Shown piece after piece: positions 35,468 through 46,923 of a stretch of 64,000 nt of DNA. Where the stretch lies: positions 1 to 64,000 of the forward strand of contig CDMY01000403.1 in the NCBI GenBank assembly GCA_001179505.1, read 5' to 3'. Position numbers and translations under genes: made by a program. This DNA comes from Vitrella brassicaformis CCMP3155. Its lineage: Eukaryota; Protista; Chromerida. The notes under the pieces are model-generated. The model searched no databases and was not told the origin of the DNA. It saw nothing but the letters and a program-made list of their open reading frames with translations. Each line of letters opens with the position of its first letter. Position 1 is the stretch's first letter.

Positions 35468-36440
35468 TCACAGCAGCTTTAGGTGTCCACACACACTGTC
35501 AGCCTCATCGGCGAGACACGGACCAATACCCAACACCGTCAGAGAACCGCGGGCTATCTGAGACACCCAATGCACACACATCCATCCACCCATCCGTGTG
35601 TGTGTTTCCCACCCACCTGTGTGTGTCCGGCGTCGGCAATGAGGGCCGCCACAAAACCCCGATCAACGGCATCTTGCTGCATGGACACTCAGACAGAGAG
35701 AAAGATACCCATGCATATGGAAATGCGGTCTTGTTCTCCTTCCCTCTACAGATGCGTACAGACGTACGCACATAGATGTCGAGCAGTTGGTGTTCACTGT
35801 CGACGCGCACAGCCACCTTGGTCACACCCGTGTCCTCCCTGTTGGTGGACATCCACACGCACGAAGAGACATAGTACCCTGATGACGTGTATGTCTCTGT
35901 GTGTGTGGCGTGGGCCTACCAGAGTTTCAGGTGCGGGTTTCCTTTCTTGACGGATATTTTGTAAGCCTCCACGGCAGCATGGGCACACTATACACACGAA
36001 TTCGCACACACACGGACACGCGACTCTCCCCATCCCTTCCATGTCTCTCCCCGTCCCTCTTACCTGTGCGGCAATTTTCCCTTTGCCCATCTTCAGATCG
36101 CTTCTTACCACCAAGACCATCTTGCACGGCTTCCTACGCGCCCTGGCCACGCTGCTGCTGCTGCTGCTACTGGTGTCACTCTTTGTTGGTGTTCGTGTCT
36201 CGCCATTTGATGGTGATGGCAATGCTTGAACGCGGGATGATGGATGTGACACCATCTGTGGCCTTGTTCTCAGCTGTGAAGTGGTTCTGCCAGCAAACAC
36301 ACGCCTGGCTGTCTGTGTGGGGCCGTGGTGTGTGCGTATGTGTGAATGCAGGCAGCGTGGCAAGGGGGAGGGAGGGAGGGAGGGAGGGAGAAGGTGGAGG
36401 AGCGACGGATGCCTCCAATAACAACAATTGGCAAGCAATG
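35468..36440 (-). CDS. PTH2: Peptidyl-tRNA hydrolase 2 (start codon not resolved, probably further upstream)
   Basis: Spliced KMVLVVRSDLKMGKGKIAAQ|CAHAAVEAY…W…KVAVRV…IADAGHTQ|IARGSLTVLGIGP…CGHLKLL*. TGA at 35470-35468. Confidence 0.85.
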
Positions 36441-37375
36441 GTTAAGCCTCCAGGACGTCTTGTCCAGAAATAAAGCACAAAACCTCCAGGCCCAAGCAGG
36501 CAGGCAGGCAGGCACACACGAGGGCAAAAATGGCAGCCACGCGGCCGTCCTCCCCCCAACACAAATAAATCTCATCCATCCATCGAAGGACCGGCCGGCC
36601 GGCTGCCATGTCCCTGCCCATCTCCCGCAGACATTGCACAAACCTCACTCACTGACTGTACACACACACACAGACAGGCACACAGACAGGCAGACAGACA
36701 GACAGCGCTCTATCTTTCTCTCTCTCTCTCTCTCTCTCTCTCGGTCGGTGAAAAATCGGCTCTAAACCCTGCCAGCCAGCTTTGGTTGGTATGTACAGAT
36801 AAAACACAGCACAGCCATTCATTCGTTGATTGATTCAGTCATCTGCTGTGTGTGGAAGAATGGCAGGCAAGGCAAAAACTCCCCTCTTCCTTCCTTCCTT
36901 CCTTCCTTCCTCGATCGCTCCTGGCTGTCTGTCTGTGCAGACACAGATACTCACAGCGAGCGTGCGCACGTCAGTCACGTGTGCATCCCATCCATCCATC
37001 CATGCAGGCACGCAGGCAGGCATGCAGCCGTCGCTTCGTTGTGGAGTGGGAGGGTCAAAATCCATCCATCCATCCATCCGTCCATCCACCCACCATGGAT
37101 CAATCACAACCGTCGCTGCCCCTTCCCTCCCTCCCTCCCTCCCTCCCTCTCCTCCCCCGCTCCCCCTGCCAGCCACCACGTGTGCGCGTGGATGGTGTGG
37201 GTGAGTGGGCGTCTGTTACGCTGGGGTAGGTTCGCTCTCCTTGATGGCCTCGGTGAGGGCCCTGTTGATAGATGAAGACACACATGAATGAATGAGCCCA
37301 CATAGCATCTATAGTGGGGCTGGTGGATGTGCATGTGTGTGCTTATTCATCTGGGTGGGTGACGACAGACACCGT

Positions 37376-40300
37376 TTACCTTGGGAGCTTCCAGTTGACG
37401 TTTTCCTCCGCGAAGACGAACTCCTCTGTTTGTGTCACACCGAGCTCCTTCAGCCGATCCACCACTCGCTGCACAACGTCCTCGGGTGTGGAGGCGCCTG
37501 CCGTGAGGGTGATGGTCTTGACCCCATCCAGCCACTCCTCGCGGATGTCGTCTGGACCCTGAATCAACTTGCCCCTACACACACACACACACACAACACG
37601 TGTACCGCATCCAGATGACCTGCGCATGTATGTGCGTGTGTGCGGGGCGTCCGTCCGTCCATACTTGACATTCCTCAGCTCGGCGGTTTCCCTCAGCCGC
37701 TTGGAATTGGACGACATCTGGTCACCCACCACCAGCGCCAGGTCGCTCTGCCATTCGACACACACCGGACACACGCCCTCTTGGATGGATGGATGGATTG
37801 GTGGATGCCTCACCCGCCCCACCTGTTCGACGACCTCCCTCATGGCGCCCTGCCTGTTGGTGGTGGCGAAGCAGATGCTCCCGCTCGGAATGCTCTCGAC
37901 GTGGGGATAACGCAGCTTCAACGCAGCTGTGTCCAATACACACACACACACACACACGGAGGGACGGATCACTTGAGAAGGTGTGTTGCTGTGCTGTGCT
38001 GTGCTGCGGTGTGGTGTGGTGTGGTGTGCTGTGGTGTGCTGTGCCGACCAACGATGTCTTTGCAGTCGTCCATTGACAGAGTGGTCTGCGTGGCGTAGAA
38101 CAGCCTGAAGGCACACAAGACACACAGCAAAGACATGACACTTGTGTGTCTGTGTGTGTGGGTGGGTATGTGTGTGGCTGACTAGACAGACTGACTTGTC
38201 GTTTTCGGTGAAGGGGAGGTTCATGACGTCCTGCACGCTCTCGACGATGGTCGTCTGGTCGGGGGCCTCCCCCTTGGTGCCGATCGTCTCAACTACACCA
38301 CACCACACCACACGCACACTGATGACATTGACGCACACACACCCTATAGTATAGCGTGCGGACTCACTAACCGTGATCGGCGTGGCCAATAAGGATGATG
38401 TGATACCCCTCCTTAGCCTTCCGCTTGGCGTATACGTGGACCTGCACGCGCACACACGCACCAGACACACGTAACGCCTGAACGCATGAGCGCATAACGG
38501 CGGGGCGGGCGGGCGGAGGGTGCGCACCTTAGTGACGAGAGGGCAAGTGGCGTCGACCTCCATGAGGTTCCGCTGCTTGGCGACGTCGCGGACCTCCGGG
38601 GGTATGCCGTGGGCCGAGTAGATGATCTTCTCGCCCTCCGGCACCTCGTTCAGGTCCTCGATGAAGATCACACCCTTGTTCTGTGTTCCCATACATAACA
38701 TACACACAGACAGACAGACAGACAGATGGCCCAGTGAGTGTGTGTGTGTGCGCGCGTTGCATGTAGAAGGTGACCTTGAGTCGGTCACAGACGATTCTGT
38801 TGTGCACGATCTCGTGTTTGACGTAGATGGGCGGGCCCCACAGCTTGAGCGCCTCCTCGACTGTGTCGATGGCACGAACGACGCCCTGATTGAGTGATAA
38901 AAGGACCGACCAACGATATGATGGACACACACCAACGAATGCGTGTGATGTGAGCGCTGGTGCAGGCAGGCAGGCAGGCACGGACCTCGCAGAAGCCTCG
39001 TGGGTTGGTGAGTACCAGCTTGATGCCTGGAAGGAAGGACGAGGCGAGGCGAATCAAGGGGAGGGGAGATGCAGATTGATGGGTTCATGGGAAGGTGTAC
39101 ATGTCATGTGTGTGGGTACGGTATCTTACCTTCTCCCTGCTGCTGCTCCTGCGCCGCTGCTGGCTGCGTGTCGGTCATCATGGTGTTGGCCTTGGAGGTC
39201 ATCTCGCTCTTGGCCGAGCCCACCAGCTGGTTGTACCTCTCCACCTCATCAGCCGACCCATACGCCACCGGACTGCGGTCGTCGGTCGAGCTGATCTGCG
39301 GAAAATGGAGGCACACACACACACACGAGTGTTTCTTCATGTGTGTGATATGAGGGGCGGGGGGCGGGTTTGATTTGCGTGCCTTGACGTCGAGTATTGA
39401 CGCGAGTCCGTTTGACGACTTGCCACCGGCCTTCTCCACGATATAGGCCAGCGGGGCAACCTTGACACACACACACACACACACACAAGGGTTGATGCCT
39501 TCACATATTGACGGATGCATGTATGCAGTGACTGCCTAACTGACCTCGTAGAGCAGCCGCAGCTTGGCGGGCGCTGCGTCGCTCGATGGGTTCACGAAGA
39601 CGCCCTGAATGACGTACATGACGTCCATGTGTGTGTGTGTGTGTGTGGCCATGCGTGTGTGTGGATGGCTGCGTACCTTTCCTTTGACGAGCAGCTGGAA
39701 GACATCAGGCACCATGCCGCCAGTGTACCTGCAGCCATATGGATGGATGTGTCACGAAACACAGGTGTGCGAATGGATCCGCGTACGTGTGGACGTGTGT
39801 GTGCGTCTCAGCCGGCCTAGCCTACCTTAGTTGGTATTTGTTCTTGACCCAGAAGTCCACCAGCTCGTTGTAGCCCTTGTTGTCCTGCGTTGCACGGAGA
39901 TTGCCTGCACACACACACACACATTCACACACAGAGAGAGAGAGAGAGAGAGTGAAGCACGCACGCTCTCGTGTCCACAGACGTACCCGGTGCGAACAGT
40001 TTGCCCTCTCCGATTTCGGTGAAGCGGTTGGTGTGGACCCAGTCGCCGTGGCGCTGGCCCATGTCGTCGACCAGCGTGAACTCATGCGCACCCTCAACGC
40101 CCTCCACGGCGATCGTCATCGACACGCGGGGGCCGTACATGGCCAAACCTGTCATGTCACACACACACATGGGATGGTGATACAGACAGACAGAGATGGG
40201 TGCGGGGGTCAGCAGGAACGTACCAGCTGCGCTGAGCTCCCTGCCCGTGATGCCCGTCAGCCTGCTGCCCGGCCACACGCCGAAGAGCGTCCCCACAGCA

Positions 40301-41367
40301 AAGTTCGTGTCAACTGCACACACAGTGCACGCCACGCCCTTCTGGAGGTGTGTATACATGTATGTGTGTGTGTATATGCGCCGACCGACCGATGGACGAT
40401 CCATCAAGTGGGTCGAATGCGACACTGTATGTGCCGTCGAGATCGTCGCCCTCGGCGATGAGCGGCTTCTCGACGGGCTCCTCCTCGCTTGACGCAGTCG
40501 ACACCACCCCTGCACACACAACACACACGATGGGTGGGTGGGTGTTATACTGTGTGTGTGTGTGTCAGGACATTCCCTCCCTCTGTGTGTGAGTGTGAGT
40601 GTGTGTGAACGTACCCGATTGATCCAGGTTGAAGAAAATCAGATTGTTGGCCAAAATGTCCACAGCCAACTGCACACACACACACACACACACACATACA
40701 CACACAGAGGTGTAATGGATGCGCCTCATGATGGACAGACCTGTTCATCCCCAAAGTTGTTGAAGCACGACGTAGAATCACACGAGGCCGTCCGCACCTG
40801 ACAATCACACACACACCCCCACGAGCGTCCAATCCAATCCAATCCAATCAGCTTGTCTGCCTGCCTGCCCGCGTCCGTACCTTGTATCCGATTTCCTTAC
40901 AGGCGTCGAACATGGCCTTGAGGACCTTCTGCAGCTTGGGCTCCACCCCGCTGTCGGCCAGCCAGTCGTACAGCGTCTCACCCAACTTCATGCTCAGAGA
41001 GGCCGGGTGGGCGGGTGGCACAGACACATCACCTGAACACACACACGCACACACACATCCGCACAGAAACAGAATCACATCCTGATCTCAGATCTGCCGA
41101 AGTGGAGTCCCTGGTTGTTGGCGCGAGTGGCTGACCTTCGTCGCTTGTCATGCGGACTGGACCTCGCAGGCGAAACGCCCCACGAGGCCAGCCGGCAGGG
41201 TGCAGATGGCCTGGCGCTGCTCCTCTCCTCTCACCAAGATGGATAGCACCGCCGCTGGACGAGATCCCTGCCCGCCAATGTGCTGGTGGGCGAAAGGCGC
41301 ACGACGGCACCGCCGTGATGGCCATCATGCAGAGGCACAGCCATGCAGGCGGCACCAGCTGCGCCAT
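37376..41367 (-). CDS. SBP-ispH: Plastid-targeted sedoheptulose-1,7-bisphosphatase / 4-hydroxy-3-methylbut-2-enyl diphosphate reductase (SBPase-IspH/HDR) fusion protein
   Basis: Signal + transit peptide (…AVPSCA|FRPP). SBPase part: [49 protein letters not shown]. Intron 39129-39027 joins GAA G|GC ATC in frame. IspH part: [60 protein letters not shown]. Confidence 0.9.
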
Positions 41368-41441
41368 CAGCTGCGGGAGCGACTTCATTCTCCAGATGCA
41401 CGGCTGTCTCTCTCTGGTGCTCCCTCTTGCCGAGAGCAGGA

Positions 41442-41451
41442 AAGCTCGCAA
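41442..41451 (+). promoter_or_regulatory. Candidate promoter motif AAGCTCGCAA
   Basis: Lies in the 180-bp region between the SBP-ispH ATG and the chromodomain-gene ATG. Confidence 0.45.
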
Positions 41452-41547
41452 CAAGACCTCTCTAAAGGCCGAAGGGAAGGGTGCATAGGCAGGATGAGTG
41501 TTCCTGGTGCCGCTGCAGCCGCTGCGGCGAGCGTGCTGAGCGATGGT

Positions 41548-42435
41548 ATGAGCCCACACGCGTCCGACGCAGATCCCCATGGAGGACAGAACCATAACGG
41601 AGAGGTGAGGTGATGAGAGAGTGCGTGAGTGAGTGAGCACACATGCGTTAACGAACGTTGGCATGGCATGCACCCCACCCCATCCATGTATACCACGCCT
41701 CCATGCGTCCGTCCATCCGCGCAGGCGAAGGATGCGTCAGGCAACGGTGACGGCATAGAGTGCGAGGAGGTGGTTGACGAGCCGATGCCGTCCGCCAGTG
41801 GGGACCCCCACCAGGGACAGCAGCAGAGGGGTGAGCAAGGTCAGTCAGCACGGGGTGACCGCGGTGCCACTGAGCGAGGATGGGGGGGAGGGTGGGTGGT
41901 CACGTCACGTCACGGAATGCATTGCATGCAACACATATGCAGCACCAACTTAACTAATGTCTGTGTGTCCTGACTGACTGTCCTTGGTCTCTTCACATTG
42001 ATTGATTGTTGATTATTGATTTGATTGCATCATGTGCGGCAGTGGGTGCGGGTGGTGGTGAGGTGGAGTACATCGGTTGTGGACCCATATTCACTCGCGC
42101 ACACCACACACACAGAAAGGTAGGGAGGGAGGATCACCACAAATGACAGACAGCAGACGGCACGCTCCATCGTGTGTGTATGCTATGGGTGTGGTCTGTC
42201 CGTGTGTCTGTCTGTCTGTCTGTGCAGTCGTTGCGTCCGGCCGGCTGCGCGCTGCCCAAAGGTCTCTACCCGCTCTCGTCGGTGCTCAAGTCGGTGCCTG
42301 GCGAGGCAGCCGTGGCCGATATCGCTGTGGGCAGGTGGCAGATGGCCGTGCTGCTCGACAACAGTAGGGTGTGTGTCTGGAGGGGGAGGTGAGTGACTGA
42401 GTGAGTCAGGGAGTGAGGGGCGGGAAGTCGTGTTG

Positions 42436-42471
<36 letters not shown>

Positions 42472-45468
42472 CACGTACAAGTGGCAGGATGTGTCAGTGC
42501 TGCGGCAGTACTGCCTGACCTCCATCACCATGGCCTCCTCACCGACCTCAGAGGAACGGTTCGTCATCGCCGGCATTTCGCGCGAAGGTCTGTCTGTCCA
42601 TCCACACACACCACACCGCACAGACGAGACGTGTGTATGCACGTCACACACACGTGTGGTTGTGTGTTGTGTGTTGTGTGTGGTTATACGTTTGGTTTGG
42701 TTTGCAGGGTCGTTTCACTGGGTGTCGTCAGACAGCCTGCAGAAGGAGCGGTCGATGGACCTGAGCGTGAGGCCTGGCGAGCGGGCAATCGCAAAGTCAA
42801 TGGATCTGGCGGACGTAATCGATGTATGTACGCTGCGTACGCTACGTTACGTGGCGGCTACACACACACACACACACACACAAAAGCAACTGCTCACACG
42901 TGTGTGCGTTGATTTGACTGCAGGGTGAGTTTGTGCCGGCCATGGCCGTGCTGAGTTTTGCTGGCGGCGACGAGAATAATCCCTACCTGTTTGTCAAGGG
43001 CCCGGAGGCGTTCACTCGGTTCAGGAACTTCTCATCCACACCACTCAAGGTGGGTGACCAGCACACACACGCGCACACACACCCGAGCCTGACGTCTCTC
43101 TCTCTCTCTCTGTATGTGTGTGTGTTTGTGTTTGTGTGTCCATGGGTTCATCCATCCGCAGGCGCTGTGCGGGCTGTCTGGCCTGTATGGGTGTGTGTTG
43201 GTGGCGGACGGCCACGTGTTCCACTGGAGCCCCGATATGGCGCCCGACGGGCAATACGGCCGATATGACAACGGAAACGTCAAGATGGCCATCAACAAGG
43301 TAATAAGGTACCCCACCCACCCACCCCATGCACACCACACAGGACTCTACGTCCACATGAATGTTTGTGCGTGTATGCGATGCGCCCCGCCCAGCTGTGT
43401 GGTTCCCTCTCTGCCGGCAAAGTGGTGGACGTCGCTTGCTGCGGCAACGCCTTCACGGCCGTGACGCGCGACGGCGTCATTCACGTGTGGACGGGCGCGG
43501 GCGACACTGGGGCCAAGTTCGTCATCAACACGCCCATCCAGTGGACACCCGACTTCCATCAGATGGTTCGTTTAGTAGTAGCCCCACCCACCCACCGCTC
43601 ACCTCACCAGCATGACCTCTGTCTGTTTGTGGTCAAACCATGCTTGTGACAAGCAGCTGATAGACGAGCGTGGCATCCCCTTCGCCAGCCGCTACCTGCT
43701 CACCAACGAGGAGAGGCCGTCCGCCCAGCTCGAGGCCGTCAGGAAGCAGGAGCTCGAGACACTCTATGGCGTCACGGTGACCATGCAGAGGGAGGGGGAC
43801 GGGGCAGGGGAGACACCGAAGCTGACCATCAGCAAGGGCGCCGACGACCCGATTGTGCGGCTGTTCGTGTGTGAGGAATGGACCATGGGCGTGAGCCGTG
43901 GGGGCCGAGTTGCTGGGTGGAAGAATGGCCTCCTGACGCGAGGAACAGCGGTCAGTGGAGTGCGTCATGTGTGATGAGTGGATGGACTGACTGGACGGAG
44001 GGAGGGATGGATGGCTGTCGTGTGGGCTGTGGTGTGTGTGTGCGTCTTTGGTCTCTTCCTTCCTCAGATTGAGAGTGTGTCGGTCAACCTGTACGAGTGT
44101 CTGCGGCAGCTCCACAGCTCCATCAACGACCCCGCCCTCTTCGCCAACATGACCACAGAGACCACCCTCACCGACCTCCCGCCCGCCTCCTGCCGGATCA
44201 TCGCTTCACCATCATGCTTCATATTCGCCCACAGACACCCCGCCCCGGCACCCGCCCCCGCCCAGCCAGAGGCCGACGAAGAAATGATGATGATGCCCGA
44301 GAGCTCGGCCACGCCAGGCGGTCGCCCCGCGAAGCGCCGCGGCCGCCCGCCTGGCTCGCGTGGACGGGGAGCTGCCAAGAGAAAGGCAGAGGAGGAGCTG
44401 GCCACGCGCGACACACAGGTGGGTAAATGGAACGATTTATGACGGTTCCTTCCACCACACACACGACAGACAGATGTCTCTCTTTGTTGTGGACTGCCAG
44501 GGCGGCGCCGACGAGCCTGTGCGTCCGAGCGGCCGCAAGCGGGGTCGGCCGAGGGGCAGTGGTCGGGGCAGGCCGCCCAAGGCCTCACTCGCCGCTATGG
44601 CCGCTGCCGCCGCAGCTGCAGCTGCTGCTGCAGTAGCCAGGGACACCCTCCAGGAGCAGCGCGAGCAGAAAGAGGGTAAGGGTGAGGGTGAGCCACCCCG
44701 CTTGTCGAAGCGAGGCCGCCCACGTGGCAGACCGAGAGGCAGTGGCCGGGGCAGGGCCAGGGGGAAAGGGCGGGAAAGGGGGACTGCGGCAGCAGCAGCA
44801 GGGGTGGAGGATGCAGCCATGGGTGGTGAGGATGAGGAGCCGGCTGTGAAGCGAGGGGAGGAGTCCGACGAGGAGGAGGAGGAGGAGGAGGAGCCCATGC
44901 CGCCGCAGCAGCGGCGGAGAGGCCGTGCGAGGACCACCGACGAGGACGAGAGCGAGGATGCCGAAGAAGAGGAGCAGGAGTGGTACGTTACGTGCACACG
45001 CACTGGCCTGCCCTGCACCACACTCACACATCCACTGCACTGGCTGTACGTACGGCGTCCATGTGATGTGCCTCTCTCTCTCTCCTGTTGCGATGCGATG
45101 TGACCGACCGACCATTCCATTCAGGGAGGTGGAGCGCATCCTCTCACACCGTGACCTCGCCAACGGCGTCCGTGAGTTCCAAGTCAAGTGGAAAGGTGCG
45201 ACCCCCCACCCCACCCCACCATGCTATGCTATGCTGTCTCCCCCCTCCCCCCACCACGCCACGCACGCAGAAACCCATCTATCTGGTTTGCCTGCCTGTG
45301 TATGTCTGTCCACGCACGCACACAGGGGCCTGGTCGCCGACGTGGGAGAGTGCCGACCTCCTGACACACTGCCAGGAGCTACTGGCCGACTACTGGGTCT
45401 GCCGCAACGCTAACAAGACCAGGGGCGGCCGGTTCGTCAAAGACCCGCAGTTGCTCATGGACCATTGA
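41548..45468 (+). CDS. Chromatin protein: RCC1/BLIP-II-like repeats, multiple AT-hooks, acidic stretch, C-terminal chromodomain
   Basis: VADIAVGRWQMAVLLDN and VVDVACCGNAFTAVTRDGVIHVW (RCC1-like). KRRGRPPG, RKRGRPRG, RGRPPK, KRGRPRGRPRG (AT-hooks). EW|EVERILSHRDLANGVREFQVKWKG|AWSPTWES (chromodomain). Start is inferred. Confidence 0.7.
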
Positions 45469-46923
45469 GGTGAGGTGAGGGACCTGACGGGCGGCGGACA
45501 GATCAGATCGGATCAGATCAGATCGGCGGACGACGAATCTTTTTCGTCTGCTTCGTTTTGACGTTCACACAACGTACGTACATCTGCATTTTTCCCACTC
45601 ACATGCATCAGATGTATGGCGAAGGCGGCATGTAGGGCTGGCATGGCATGGCACGGCTGGCTGCGCGTGTGCGCGATGTATACTTGTGCTGATGATAATA
45701 CGGTGACTTCTGAGTGAGTGAGTGGCTTGAATGCACGCAGGGAGGGAGGGACGGGGGGAGTCGGGTGTTTGTTACTTTAGTTCGCGACTGACTGAGACTC
45801 ACAGGAACATGTATCTTGAAGTCAGGTCACTTGACGATGGATGAATTGCGATGATGGATGGTACACGGCCATCCATCCAGCCACAGAGGCGTCACGTCAA
45901 GTGAGACAGGACAGTGAGTGTCACAGAGTCAGGCATTCGAATGCACATGTGAGCTGAGCGCTCATAGGCACATCAGACAGACATGTATCGAACACACCCA
46001 CGCATCGCATCCAACCTGAGCCAGTCGGCTGAGGGAGGGAGGGAGGGAGCGAGAGACTGTCGTGATTTGGTAGTCTGGTCGGTTGTCTTATTGGAAAATA
46101 ATAATGCCATCAGGGACGGACGACAAACGTCACTCGCTCAGTCAATTGCGATGAGATGTATACAGCCATCGATCCAGGCAGACAGACAGACAGACAGGCA
46201 GGCACCACACAGGACAGTGTCACAGAGATATGGATATGTGAGGTTACACCCACACACAGAGCATCAACACACGCACACACACAGAGGGAGAGTGGGAGCC
46301 GGTCGCAGTTTCGACACGCAGCGCTTCCCAGCCAGCTGAGCTACCCACACACACACCCATCCATCCATCCATCCATCCCATATATCAGCACATGTATGAG
46401 CTACTCGCCACCACCACCCTCTACTGGACCTGGCTGGCTGCATGTATGTGACTGACGGCACGTCTATCGATAAATGCACTAACTACGACCCAGCCATGAC
46501 AAAAAAACTGCCCCTGGCTCCCATACATGGCTCACACGCGCACACATTCATATTCATTCACAGAGCACGGCGGGGAGGGATGGGGGGAGGGCGCGGCGGG
46601 GCGAGGCGAGGCGGGGCGGGCCACACACACGTCATTCTGACCGTGATCGTGCCCACATACAAGCCAGGCCGCCAGCCAATCCACCATCCATCCATCCATC
46701 CATGTGAGTGATAGCCATGCGTCTCTACATAAGTAATTAGCACTGCACTCCACTGCCTATAAAGACATTCCACATCATATCATATCACACCACACCACAA
46801 AACACAGCACGCGAGACCAGTAGCACCCACCACCACAACAGACAGACAGACAGACAAAAAAATACATGTATGTATGCACAATGAATTCATCAAGTCAGGT
46901 AGGTCGTCAGTCAGGTCCCCTAG

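Noticed and set aside
37376-39088. 570-aa uninterrupted ORF and many other long ORF-track entries rich in HTHT/VCVC
   Set aside because: These are read-through of microsatellite introns, which have few stops, or antisense shadows of GC-rich exons. They are not real proteins.
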